Assembly: GCA_965222155.1 (NCBI GenBank)
Contig: CBDCTH010000012.1
Span: forward strand, 1,664,001 to 1,728,000
DNA: 64,000 bases
Source: Gammaproteobacteria bacterium
GTDB lineage: Bacteria > Pseudomonadota > Gammaproteobacteria > Eutrophobiales > Eutrophobiaceae
Direction of reading: 5' to 3'
The notes under the pieces were generated by a model that made no database searches, was not told the DNA's origin, and worked only from the letters and a program-made list of their open reading frames with translations. Made by a program: the position numbers and the translations under genes. Shown here piece by piece: positions 43,108-53,040 of the stretch. The stretch's first letter is position 1. Every line of letters begins with the position of its first letter.

Positions 43108-44409
43108 ATGGAAAACCAAACTCTAATCGCGAAGTTACCGGGAGCCCTCCTGTTTGTTATGACACTGCTGGCGGTCGTGACAGCGACGTCATCTTCGGTT
43201 TCATCGCTCTGGTCCGGCCTGGCCGGGTGGTGTGCTGCCCTGTTATTGTTTCGCCGCTTGCCCCGCACCATGGTTTATCAGATCTCGGGGATGCTGCTAG
43301 TCGGCTTGAGTTGCCTTGTCTGGGTCATGCTTAACGGCTTCCCCGTGGATTTTACCCGGGTGGTTTCGGCAAACGTACATATTGTTGCCCTGATCGCCTC
43401 GGTTACCTTCCTGCGCCTGATCAGCCTGCCGGGCAGCCAGGCAGATGCGCCGCTACCCAGGGGCAGAAAAGCGCTGGTGAAAACCGCCTGGGGGCTGCAC
43501 ATGTTCGCATCTGTGATCAATTTGTCCGCAGTCATGCTGTTCGGCAACCGAATGGAGCAGGCAGGGAAGATCAATCGCCTGCAGGCCATTCTGTTCTCCC
43601 GTGCATTCAGCAGCGGGTGTTACTGGTCGCCGTTCTACGTATCGATCGCCACTGCCCTGGTTTACGCCCCCGGTTCGGACTTCATCACTCTGGTACTGGC
43701 AGGTCTGCCTATTGCCCTTGCCGGGTTGATTATCACTACCTGGCAACTGCTGAAGGATGAGGACAGCCCCATGACCTGCGGCTATCCGCTACGCTTTGAG
43801 GCGTTATTTATTCCTGTCCTGTTGTCCATTGCCGTCATCCTGTTACATAACCTGTTCCCGAACTTCCCGGTACTGACCCTGATCACCGTATTATCTTTCC
43901 TGCTGACGGTACTGGTGCTGACCGCTCGTGAGCCGTTTTCCCTGGTAGACCGGCTCAGCGCTCACATATTTGACGGGTTACCCGATATGCATAAGGAATT
44001 GATGCTGTTCCTGGCCGCAGGTGTCATGTCAGTGGGAATTTCAACATTGTTGATCAGTAGTGATATCGCCCTGGGCATAACAACCGTATCACCCCTGACT
44101 GCAGGTGGTTTTATATCGGCGGCAATCCTGCTTTCGCTGATCGGCATTCATCCGATCATTACCATTTCAATCCTGGGTAGTCTGCTCGGCAATACTGCCT
44201 ACAATGCCGACCTGCTCGGCGTATGCATGATGATGATGTGGGGCAACAGTATCGTTGCCTCGCCCTTTTCAGGTATCAATCTCGCCATTCAGGGCAGGTT
44301 CGGCGTTTCCTCATTCTCAATCATGCGCTGGAACGTCGGTTATGTGCTTGCCATGCTGACCGTCTGTATCATGGCCCTGTATATTTTTGATTTTCTTTTC
44401 AGGATTTGA
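43108..44409 (+). CDS. Polytopic membrane protein, putative permease
   Basis: About 12 hydrophobic segments; WSPF and ASPFSG re-entrant-like motifs. Confidence 0.75.
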   Translation: MENQTLIAKLPGALLFVMTLLAVVTATSSSVSSLWSGLAGWCAALLLFRRLPRTMVYQISGMLLVGLSCLVWVMLNGFPVDFTRVVSANVHIVALIASVTFLRLISLPGSQADAPLPRGRKALVKTAWGLHMFASVINLSAVMLFGNRMEQAGKINRLQAILFSRAFSSGCYWSPFYVSIATALVYAPGSDFITLVLAGLPIALAGLIITTWQLLKDEDSPMTCGYPLRFEALFIPVLLSIAVILLHNLFPNFPVLTLITVLSFLLTVLVLTAREPFSLVDRLSAHIFDGLPDMHKELMLFLAAGVMSVGISTLLISSDIALGITTVSPLTAGGFISAAILLSLIGIHPIITISILGSLLGNTAYNADLLGVCMMMMWGNSIVASPFSGINLAIQGRFGVSSFSIMRWNVGYVLAMLTVCIMALYIFDFLFRI

Positions 44410-44446
44410 TACCTGGAAAGATCAGAAAATCGGCGCAAGCCTGTAT

Positions 44447-45106
44447 TCAGGCGAAGGCGCTATCTGGTAATCCCAGGATAGCCTTCCAGACGTCGTGCAT
44501 GGATTTCCTCGCGTGGCGGACGGCTTGACTGATATTCTTGTCCAGCAAGGCGGTGATGATCTCCTCATGCCGGGCAATCCATTGCTCGTGGCTGCTGCTT
44601 ACCGTCAAGCCCTCCATCGCCAGCCTGAATAACGGGGCCTGCAGTCGCATCCTGATGTCCGACAAAACCGGGTTGCCGGCCAGTTTATCCAGGTCTCCCC
44701 AGAAACGGGCATTCTCGTCCATGTACTCCAGCACCTTGATAATATTGACAGATCGAGCACGGAATTTGTGGGCGCTGTTGAGAGACGCACGCAAGCGTTG
44801 TTGCATCTCCTGATCTTCGGTTTGACTGCTGACTTTTCTGATAATCAGGATAGATACCTCTTCAAGCACTTCAAAAATATTGTACACATCTTCCCGGGAA
44901 ACCTTCCTCACGGAAGCACCCCGGTTCTTGTCCAGTTGCACAATCCCTTCCGCTTGCAGGCGTTTGAAGACGTCACGCACCCGGCCCCGGGTAATATCCA
45001 GGTGGGACATGATGTCTATTTCCACCAAGCGCTGGCCGGGCACGAACCGTCCCTGGAGAATCTCTCTCTTCAGGAGGTCTACCGCGCTGTCAATATCACG
45101 ACCCAT
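44447..45106 (-). CDS. GntR (FadR/FCD) transcriptional regulator
   Basis: I..G.F.PGQRLVE wHTH, RGASV, C-terminal FCD-like HEEII.AL; start either 45121 or 45106. Confidence 0.9.
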   Translation of the reverse strand: MGRDIDSAVDLLKREILQGRFVPGQRLVEIDIMSHLDITRGRVRDVFKRLQAEGIVQLDKNRGASVRKVSREDVYNIFEVLEEVSILIIRKVSSQTEDQEMQQRLRASLNSAHKFRARSVNIIKVLEYMDENARFWGDLDKLAGNPVLSDIRMRLQAPLFRLAMEGLTVSSSHEQWIARHEEIITALLDKNISQAVRHARKSMHDVWKAILGLPDSAFA

Positions 45107-45264
45107 TTTAACTTGTCTCATCCGCCATGCTTCACCGGGTTTCTTCGTTCAGTCAGTCATGTACACTATGTACACTCCTTCCTTCTCTCATCACCCGGCT
45201 CGCCTGACGAAAAATATCCTGCGTTAAAATCTTTAACTTGTCTCATCCGCCATGCTTCACCGGG
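45106..45264 (-). repeat. ERIC-like element copy 10 plus a 33-bp partial duplicate
   Basis: 45106-45229 matches the rrn element; 45232-45264 repeats its first 33 bp. Confidence 0.88.
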
Positions 45265-45285
45265 CCAAGGTTATTTTACATGGGA

Positions 45286-47592
45286 TCATGGCTTTGATTC
45301 CAGTGCCTGCAGTATCTTATCCGGCGTGATGGGTGGGTCAATCCGGACGCTGATTGCGTTGTACACGGCATTGGATATGGCAATGGGCACCGCACAGGTG
45401 ACGCCTTCGCCAATCCCTTTTGCCCCGAACGGACCGTGTTCATCGTAGACTTCCTCAAACATTATCTCCGGGTCGGGCATATCCAGGGGACCCATGATTT
45501 TATAGTCCATGAAATTGGGATTCAGGATGGCGCCGGTTTCATCATCAAATACCAGGTGCTCAGTGGTGGAAAATCCCATTGACTGATAGTATCCGCCCGC
45601 CACCTGATTCTCGCACACCGCCGGGTTGACGATGGTACCACTGTCATGCACCGCGACAAACCTGATCAATTTCATCTGCGCAGTCCGGGTATCGATCTCA
45701 ACTTCGGCAAAATCCGCCATCATCATTTTACCCGCTTTGTCGAACTCAACCCCTTTGGATGCACTGCCTATCACTTCCGGCGCCGCCAGGTACTTATAAA
45801 TTGGTGTGCTCATCAACTCTTTGAGGGTAACTCCATGTTCCTCACTGCCCTTCACAAAGACACGGCGGTTTTTGATGTCCAGATCTGTGGCATTAGCCTC
45901 CAGATGTTTAGCTGCAAATTCCAGAATTTGCTCTCTGGCATGCTCAGCAGCGGCTTTGGTTGCCCGCGCAACCATGTGCATGCCATTACTGCCAAAGGTC
46001 ACCATGGTGTGACCGCAGACTTCCGTATCACCGTCGATGACGTTGATATCTTCCAGTTCGACGCCCAGCACCTCTGCGGCCACCATGGCCTGTGTCGTAT
46101 CGCCGCCCTGCCCCATGCGTCCGATACCCGTGGTCAGTGCCATGGTGCCATCGGGATTGACCTTGACGGTGATACCGTTGAAACCGAAGAATGCGAGTCC
46201 GCTGATATGCGTGGAGATACCCATACCCAGGCCGCGCAGTTTATGCCCCTCGACAGAAGATGGCTTGCCCCAGCCCTTCCATTTATCCTTCCAGCCGATG
46301 GCTTCGGCGCCCCTGGTAATGCATTCGGCCAGACCTGAACTGGTCAATTCGACCTGCGGGTTTTTATTGAATAACAGCTTGGCGAAGACAACTTCCTGGG
46401 AGGTATGGCATATATCGCCGGTCTTCCAGTGGTTTTTCAGGTGAAACTCAACCGGGTCCATAGCGACTTTCTCCGCTGCCATATCTGCTGTCTGTTCAAT
46501 GGCATAGGCCAGGGTCAGGTCACCCACGCCGCGCATACACCCTGCCGGTAATAAATTGGTCGCCACGCCGATAAACTCAACGCGGGCATGTTCGGTGGTA
46601 TAAATATCGGCAACGGACTGGTACGGATCGAATTTATTACCATAGGCGCCGTTATCCATCAAATGACGGTAAGACTGAGCGACCATTTTTCCGTCTTTGG
46701 TTATGCCGATTTTAGCGTCAATCAGGGGCCGCTCGCGCCGTTTAACCGTGGTCTGGACTTCAGCGCGGGTCAGCACCAAACGCACCGGCCGGCGCGCCTT
46801 CCTGGCTATGGCAACGGTTAACAGCATAAAATTATTACCCCACCATAAACCAAATGAACCACCTGTGGGGGTGCTGTGAACCCGAACCTTGCTGGGTGAG
46901 AGTTCAAAAAACTCGGTCACCGCGTCCCTGATCCAGAACAGGGCCTGGGAAGACGTCCACATTGAGACACTGTCTCCTTCCCAGTGAGCTATACAGGCAT
47001 TTCTATCCAGTGGAGCATGCTGCTGGTTTCCCAGGGTAATGCGATTCTCAATAATATAGTCCGCTTCCTCGAAACCTTTCTCAATATTTCCCCATTCAAA
47101 CAGGGAAGGCGGAAGGCTGTTCGGTCCCCATGGGCGTACCTGCGGCGCGCCCTCTTTCATGGCCTCTTCCATATCAAATACGGCGGGCAACTCCTCATAG
47201 TTCACTTCAATCAGCTTAATGGCTTCCTGCGCGGTCTCTTCATCAACGGCGGATACGACCGCAACCTCATCACCCACGTAGCAGACCTCTTCCGATATCA
47301 TGGGGCCTCTGAAATTAAAACTGTAATCGTGCCATGGAGCGCCACAGGTCTTTTTCTTCCCGGTAATATCGTCCTGATGGGTAAGTACCGCACTGACACC
47401 CGGCAGCGCCTCCGCGGCGGAGGTATCAATATGTACAACCTTTGCATGGGCATATGGGCTGCGCAACACTTTCGCATAGTGCATGCGGTGCATGGGAGGG
47501 ATATCAGCGGCATACTTTAACCTGCCGGTGACTTTTTCGTAGGCATCCAGTAAAGGTAAACTTTTGCCGATTACGGACGTTTCAGTTGTCAT
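45286..47592 (-). CDS. Xanthine dehydrogenase-family molybdopterin-binding large subunit
   Basis: KVTG..KY..D, RSPYAHA, GGSFG, MRGVG, MGQG, NP....NQ..GG and GAKGIGE motifs. Confidence 0.93.
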   Translation of the reverse strand: MTTETSVIGKSLPLLDAYEKVTGRLKYAADIPPMHRMHYAKVLRSPYAHAKVVHIDTSAAEALPGVSAVLTHQDDITGKKKTCGAPWHDYSFNFRGPMISEEVCYVGDEVAVVSAVDEETAQEAIKLIEVNYEELPAVFDMEEAMKEGAPQVRPWGPNSLPPSLFEWGNIEKGFEEADYIIENRITLGNQQHAPLDRNACIAHWEGDSVSMWTSSQALFWIRDAVTEFFELSPSKVRVHSTPTGGSFGLWWGNNFMLLTVAIARKARRPVRLVLTRAEVQTTVKRRERPLIDAKIGITKDGKMVAQSYRHLMDNGAYGNKFDPYQSVADIYTTEHARVEFIGVATNLLPAGCMRGVGDLTLAYAIEQTADMAAEKVAMDPVEFHLKNHWKTGDICHTSQEVVFAKLLFNKNPQVELTSSGLAECITRGAEAIGWKDKWKGWGKPSSVEGHKLRGLGMGISTHISGLAFFGFNGITVKVNPDGTMALTTGIGRMGQGGDTTQAMVAAEVLGVELEDINVIDGDTEVCGHTMVTFGSNGMHMVARATKAAAEHAREQILEFAAKHLEANATDLDIKNRRVFVKGSEEHGVTLKELMSTPIYKYLAAPEVIGSASKGVEFDKAGKMMMADFAEVEIDTRTAQMKLIRFVAVHDSGTIVNPAVCENQVAGGYYQSMGFSTTEHLVFDDETGAILNPNFMDYKIMGPLDMPDPEIMFEEVYDEHGPFGAKGIGEGVTCAVPIAISNAVYNAISVRIDPPITPDKILQALESKP

Positions 47593-47637
47593 TTTCCACT
47601 ACCTCTTTTTATAACTGTCAATATCACAAACAGCACC

Positions 47638-47710
47638 CGTCATTCCGGGCTTGACCCCGGCTTCCAACATGCCGGGGCAGGCCTCGGCTTCCAACATGCC
47701 GGGGCAGGCT
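47638..47710. repeat. CGTC-type REP remnant with a 27-bp tandem duplication
   Basis: CGTCATTCCGGGCTTGACCCCGG, then CGGCTTCCAACATGCCGGGGCAGGC twice. Confidence 0.7.
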
Positions 47711-47737
47711 TCGCACGAACGATGAATGATATGTCCC

Positions 47738-48220
47738 TTAATTATGTGCATTGCGCATGACCTCAGCCGCGTTCAATATGGAACGAACGATTCTGATATA
47801 GGTACCGCAACGGCATAAGTGTCCGCCAATAGCCTCTCTTACCTCCTGCTCCGACGGATCGGGATTATGTTCCAGTAGATGTTTTGCCGCGAGGATCATT
47901 CCGGGGGTGCAGAACCCGCATTGCATACCGTGGTCCTGCATGAACGCTTCCTGCAGTGGGTGCAAAGCTCCGTTGATCTCTTCCTCAACTCCTTCGATGG
48001 TGCGGATATCACTGCCTTGTGCATCAATCGCCATTCTCAAACAGGAAAAAATCGGTTTGCCATCCAACAACAGGGTACAGGAGCCACAGGTGCCCATTTC
48101 ACAACCGGTCTTGGTGCCGGTCAACCCTACTTTTTCCCGGATGACGTAGGCCAGTGACCAGTGGGGTTTGACCAGTACCTCATGGGCTTCGTTATTGATC
48201 TTTAAACTGATCGCATTCAT
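47738..48220 (-). CDS. Molybdenum hydroxylase [2Fe-2S] small subunit
   Basis: GCEMGTCGSCT, QCGFCTPG and LCRCG motifs. Confidence 0.95.
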   Translation of the reverse strand: MNAISLKINNEAHEVLVKPHWSLAYVIREKVGLTGTKTGCEMGTCGSCTLLLDGKPIFSCLRMAIDAQGSDIRTIEGVEEEINGALHPLQEAFMQDHGMQCGFCTPGMILAAKHLLEHNPDPSEQEVREAIGGHLCRCGTYIRIVRSILNAAEVMRNAHN

Positions 48221-49083
48221 GCTTCACCTCCTTGCCGCGCCTGTTCTACGGCCCGCCTTAAGGCATCTTCAATGCCACATCGCACCCAGAGACTGCGAAC
48301 CTGCGCGGATACACGAAAGTCGTGAATACATTCTATATCAGCGGATGCGGCAGCCGCAGTTTCAATCAATGTGTCATCTATTGCCTGGTCGATGAGGACA
48401 GCCTCCGCCGCGGCGGAGCGGCCCGGCACGCCCGATAAGGTGGCTGCTCCGGCAACGACTCTCACATCAACGCAGATACCGGTGTTATCCAGCGATACCC
48501 GGGTCGCCACGTTGACGATGGGCAAATCTGCCGCGGTCCTTTCAAATTTGGCAAACCCTCCACCACTGTTGGCAGGTGGTTTCGGGATATGAACTTCAAC
48601 TACCATCTCCCCTTGTTCCAGGGCATTGTTGAGATAACCGATATGAAAATCCGCCATGGATATTTCACGGACACCCCTGCTGCCACCGATAACGATGTTG
48701 GCATCATACGCAAGCAGGGTTGTCGGCATATCCACTTCGCCGGCAATACATACCTCGCCGCCGATAGTGGCCATGTTCCTTACCTCTATGATGTTAAGTT
48801 CGTTGACCGTTGTGGATAAGATCCCGTAAGCGCCCCGACTGGTGAGTTCATGGGCATGAATCTCATTCAAGGTCGTAGTGGCGCCAATACGCAGCCCATC
48901 ATCACCCTGCTTGATATAACTTAAGCCGAGCTTTTTGATATTGATCACCGCATCCACTTCATCAAACAACTCTTCCCGATGACCCATATAAAATGTACTC
49001 CCGGCAATGGGTATAGCGCTATCCCCGTATTTATCCAATAATGAATAGGCCTCGTTAAGGTCGGTTGGACTGTAATATTCCAT
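48217..49083 (-). CDS. Molybdenum hydroxylase FAD-binding medium subunit
   Basis: YYSP..L.EA, IAGST, IGATTT and RNMATIGG motifs. Confidence 0.9.
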   Translation of the reverse strand: MEYYSPTDLNEAYSLLDKYGDSAIPIAGSTFYMGHREELFDEVDAVINIKKLGLSYIKQGDDGLRIGATTTLNEIHAHELTSRGAYGILSTTVNELNIIEVRNMATIGGEVCIAGEVDMPTTLLAYDANIVIGGSRGVREISMADFHIGYLNNALEQGEMVVEVHIPKPPANSGGGFAKFERTAADLPIVNVATRVSLDNTGICVDVRVVAGAATLSGVPGRSAAAEAVLIDQAIDDTLIETAAAASADIECIHDFRVSAQVRSLWVRCGIEDALRRAVEQARQGGEA

Positions 49084-49109
49084 CCATTTTTCCTCGTTAT
49101 GTATGTTGT

Positions 49110-49577
49110 TTATTCAGGTTCGCCGCCATCCAGGGCGCGTTTGATATTTTCTTCAAATTCCGCAAACAAGCCGTCCATTTGCCCTGCCGCCACCTTCTCG
49201 ATGATCGCACCACCCAAACCACTTGCCTTGACATTGCCGACAAAGATTATCCGGGTCTTGTCATCGTCAATCGTTTCAAGATCGGTTGTACCCGTAATCG
49301 TCAACTTATAATGGTTCGAGCGCTCGAACAACCGGCCTTCACCCACAAATTCCGAATGGCTGGGAGGCTCCATCTTTACCGCCCTGGTCCTTGCGGTTGC
49401 CTTACGGGTGGTGCGCAGGACTTTGGTCTCCAGTTTCCAGTCAAATTCCGTTTCACTTATTGGCTTGACCTCCTTGCACCCCGGAATACACAAACTGAAG
49501 CGCTGCATGTCACTGACCAGTGCCCACGTGCTCTCCAGTGACGCATCAACGATTATCTCCCGGGTAATTTCAGGCAT
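49110..49577 (-). CDS. CoxG / SRPBCC-family protein
   Basis: W..V.D.....CIPGC motif; ~155 aa next to the M subunit. Confidence 0.85.
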   Translation of the reverse strand: MPEITREIIVDASLESTWALVSDMQRFSLCIPGCKEVKPISETEFDWKLETKVLRTTRKATARTRAVKMEPPSHSEFVGEGRLFERSNHYKLTITGTTDLETIDDDKTRIIFVGNVKASGLGGAIIEKVAAGQMDGLFAEFEENIKRALDGGEPE

Positions 49578-49593
49578 GGCAATCTCGTGTCTC

Positions 49594-50475
49594 TCAATGA
49601 ACCAGGCTGTTGAATTCATCCCGGATCACATCGGAACGCCTGAGTTTTTCCAGCGCTAGCGCGTCGCGAAACCGATGCAGTCTGACAAAACTCAAGTCGG
49701 CGCTGATGATCTCCTCTTTGCCTTCAGCCTGCGCGTAAATATGCGAAAATCGAGGGAATGCCGGCCCGGCAATGGTACTGTAGCCGTAATAGGACAGGCT
49801 ATTCTCTTTCCCGACCAGGTTGGCGCTGGCCGCATAAACCATGTTTTCCGTCGCCCGGGCCGCGGTCATGGACGTGATATAAAACGGCCTGCCCGGCAAT
49901 GTCATGCTGGCGGTGCAGTTGATGATGATGCGCGCGCCCTTCAGCATCAGGATGCGGGACAGTTCAGGAAAGACCCAGAAATCGGCACAGATCTGGATCC
50001 CGATCGGCCCATAGCGAGTGGCAAAAACCGGGACGTTATTTCCTCCCGTAAAACATAAACTCTCCTTGAACATTGGTGGTGTGCCAAGGTGAAGTTTTCG
50101 ATAAGTGCCAATCAGCCCCTCCGGACCGATTAACGGGCAGGAGATGTAACAGCTTTCGGCGTCATCGGCTGAGCGTTCCGGCATGCCCAGCACCACATAG
50201 ATATCAAATTTTCTGGTTAACTCGGCAATTTCCTCGGTAACAGGCCCCGGTATGGTCTCGGCAAACTCCTTGTGCATGGTGTTATCTTCATTGGCTTCAT
50301 AGCCGCTCAAGGATAGCTCCGGAAATGCCAGGATATTAATTCCCTGCCCTGCCGCCTCGGTGATCAGCCTTTTGACCTTGGCAAGGCTCGCGGCCTTGTC
50401 GTTCCAGATACTGCTGTAATTCACACAACCCAGTGAGACCGTATCTTCGTATTCGCGGTATTCCTCCGGAATCAT
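49594..50475 (-). CDS. Carbon-nitrogen hydrolase (nitrilase superfamily amidase/carbamoylase)
   Basis: Catalytic triad FPE, YRKLHL and ICAD. Confidence 0.9.
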   Translation of the reverse strand: MIPEEYREYEDTVSLGCVNYSSIWNDKAASLAKVKRLITEAAGQGINILAFPELSLSGYEANEDNTMHKEFAETIPGPVTEEIAELTRKFDIYVVLGMPERSADDAESCYISCPLIGPEGLIGTYRKLHLGTPPMFKESLCFTGGNNVPVFATRYGPIGIQICADFWVFPELSRILMLKGARIIINCTASMTLPGRPFYITSMTAARATENMVYAASANLVGKENSLSYYGYSTIAGPAFPRFSHIYAQAEGKEEIISADLSFVRLHRFRDALALEKLRRSDVIRDEFNSLVH

Positions 50476-50493
50476 CGCAACGGCGCCCGAGGG

Positions 50494-51885
50494 TCAATGA
50501 ACGTCATTGCGGGAAATATATTTGCCCTGCTCCGGTTGCAGCGCGCTGGGTTCTCCATCTTCTACGATGACCTGACCTCGTAGAATGGTATGGGTCGGCC
50601 AGCCTTTCAAGGTCCAGCCGTCATAGATACTCCAATCACACATACTGCGCAGGTTCTCCGTTTTCACGGTAACTTCCTTGTCGAGGTCGACGATGACGAT
50701 ATCCGCATCGGCGCCGACGGCAAGCCGGCCTTTACGCGGGGAAACCCCGAACACCCCGGCAGGGTTCAGGGCACACACCTCGGCCACTTGTTCCAGGCTG
50801 ATACGACCTTTATTGACTCCTTCGCTCAACATGATCGGTAATAACAATTCCGAAGTATTGCCAAGTCCCATCGGGGCATTCCAGATATCCTCCCCTTTCA
50901 TTTCCAGGGTAGTAGGCGCCAGGTCGGAACCTACGCACTTGATAATCCCCTCCGCTATTCCCTCCCATAACCGGTTATTGGACGCCTTATCTCTGAGCGG
51001 CGGGTTGACGCAGGCACAGGCCGGATGGTCCAGCAATACCTGAGCCGGTTCCTCACCGTTATGGGTCAGGTATTGCGGACAGGTCTCACCGGTCACGTCC
51101 AGACCTTGTTTTTGGGCTTCGGCAATGATATCCACGCCTTCGGCAATGGTGATATGGGGTATATACAACGGGCAGTTGGTGCTCTTAGCCAGGTATATGG
51201 CCCGGCGCATGCACTCCGCCTCCACAAAAGGCGGCCGCGACTCATTCCATACCGCAAAATCTTTACGGCCTTGCGCCAGCAACTCATCCCGCAGCATTAG
51301 ATGGATATCAATGTTTTCCGTATGACAGGCAGCAAGACTGGGAGGTCCCGACTTATTAATCATACGGAAGCCCTTATATACTGCCCCATCATCGGTGGCA
51401 GTGATGCCAATCAGGTCTGCATGGGGCCCCTTATAGCCCATATTGAACTTGAATGAGGTTAAGCCGACTTCTGCCGGACAGGTTTCGATCTCACTGGTAG
51501 TAATCGCATCAATCACCATGAGATGCCAGAAGGCATCTACGAAACTCTTGCTCTCAAAGGTGTTTTTGAACTCCTCGAACTGCCGCAATAATCCTTCCTT
51601 CAGCGCAAGAATATAAACTCCCAGCGTAGTGACCCCGCCACAGGCCGCTGCCCTGGTTTCGGTCTCGACGGCTTCCAGTGTATCCATATACCCCAGGTGG
51701 GCATGGGGATCGATGATCCCGGGCATAACGTAACGGCTGTGCGCGTCGATTATCCTGGTAGCGCTGACAGAGGAAGCATCTTGCCCAATAGCGGTTATCC
51801 TGCCTTGGGAAACAGCGATATACCCGGGGAAAGTTTTTTCCGGTGTTACAATGGTACCGTCGCAGATGAGCAGATCACAGTTCAT
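50494..51885 (-). CDS. Cyclic amidohydrolase (dihydropyrimidinase/allantoinase/dihydroorotase family)
   Basis: PGIIDPHAH, GGVTT, SFK, HTEN, ETCPQYL, NPPLR, GSD and GADAD motifs. Confidence 0.9.
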   Translation of the reverse strand: MNCDLLICDGTIVTPEKTFPGYIAVSQGRITAIGQDASSVSATRIIDAHSRYVMPGIIDPHAHLGYMDTLEAVETETRAAACGGVTTLGVYILALKEGLLRQFEEFKNTFESKSFVDAFWHLMVIDAITTSEIETCPAEVGLTSFKFNMGYKGPHADLIGITATDDGAVYKGFRMINKSGPPSLAACHTENIDIHLMLRDELLAQGRKDFAVWNESRPPFVEAECMRRAIYLAKSTNCPLYIPHITIAEGVDIIAEAQKQGLDVTGETCPQYLTHNGEEPAQVLLDHPACACVNPPLRDKASNNRLWEGIAEGIIKCVGSDLAPTTLEMKGEDIWNAPMGLGNTSELLLPIMLSEGVNKGRISLEQVAEVCALNPAGVFGVSPRKGRLAVGADADIVIVDLDKEVTVKTENLRSMCDWSIYDGWTLKGWPTHTILRGQVIVEDGEPSALQPEQGKYISRNDVH

Positions 51886-51992
51886 GATGTCTTGTCGGGA
51901 GCCCCCGGATAGTCAGTTTAGGAGTATAATCATTAATAATATGATTTACAATTCGTATTATTCCTGTGCGTTTTTCCTTACCTCGGAGGACG

Positions 51993-53024
51993 ATGAATAA
52001 AGTACCGGTGAGCCTTCTGGCCGGTTTTCTCGGCGCCGGAAAAACGACCTTGCTGAACCATATCCTGAATGGGGAGCACGGCCGCCGTATCGGCGTGCTG
52101 GTCAACGATTTCGGTGAAATCAATATCGATGCACAACTCATTACGCGAGTGGAAGGAGAAACCATCAGTCTTTCCAATGGTTGCGTCTGTTGCAGTATCC
52201 GGGATGATCTCGTATCCGCCGTAGAACAACTTTTGCGAATGGACCCTGTTCCAGACATGATCGTCATTGAAACAAGCGGCGTATCTGATCCCAAGGCCGC
52301 CGCTATGGCTATCGTGATGTCAACCCGTCTCGCTACGGCAACACAACTGGATGCCATTATCACTGTCATCGACGCCAGTGAGGTACTGGAACTGGATGAG
52401 GTGAATGAAAAACTGGCCGAAGACCAGATCGCAGTTGCCGATATCGCCATCATCAACAAGACCGACCTGGTTCCAGCTGCAACTCAACGACAAGTTACCG
52501 GACGTATAAGGGATATAGCACCACAATCGCGTATTATCGAGGCAGTTCGCGCGGAAGTGCCCCTGGAATTGTTGCTCGGTTTGACGTTACACGCGGAACA
52601 ACCGGAATTCATGGACATTCACACAGGGGACGCCCTCGAACATGAACATCATCATGCAGACCATGCGCTTGCTTACTCCGGTTATTCCTGGCGGCACAGC
52701 AAACCATTGGCATTTGAAGCCATTTACCGAACCTTTCAGTCGCTGCCGGTGTCCGTATTTCGCAGCAAGGGCATTCTTTATCTCAACGAAGTGCCGGATA
52801 AACGGGTAATCCTGCAAATGACGGGTAAACGCGTAACCCTTGCCAAAGGTGAACGATGGAAAAATACAATACCCTCATCACAACTCGTTGCCATAGGCGC
52901 AAAAGACAATATGGATACGGACGATCTTGACAAGCGTTTCAAGACCTGTCTCAGTGACGTTGCAATTCCGTCCGGTAACCCGATGACGCAGGCAGTGATC
53001 GAAATACTCAGAAAAGGGGATTGA
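51993..53024 (+). CDS. CobW/COG0523 G3E metallochaperone GTPase
   Basis: GFLGAGKTT, GCVCC, ETSG, NKTD, His-rich linker, RSKG; GGAGGA RBS. Confidence 0.93.
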   Translation: MNKVPVSLLAGFLGAGKTTLLNHILNGEHGRRIGVLVNDFGEINIDAQLITRVEGETISLSNGCVCCSIRDDLVSAVEQLLRMDPVPDMIVIETSGVSDPKAAAMAIVMSTRLATATQLDAIITVIDASEVLELDEVNEKLAEDQIAVADIAIINKTDLVPAATQRQVTGRIRDIAPQSRIIEAVRAEVPLELLLGLTLHAEQPEFMDIHTGDALEHEHHHADHALAYSGYSWRHSKPLAFEAIYRTFQSLPVSVFRSKGILYLNEVPDKRVILQMTGKRVTLAKGERWKNTIPSSQLVAIGAKDNMDTDDLDKRFKTCLSDVAIPSGNPMTQAVIEILRKGD

Positions 53025-53040
53025 AATCGGAGATTCTTGC

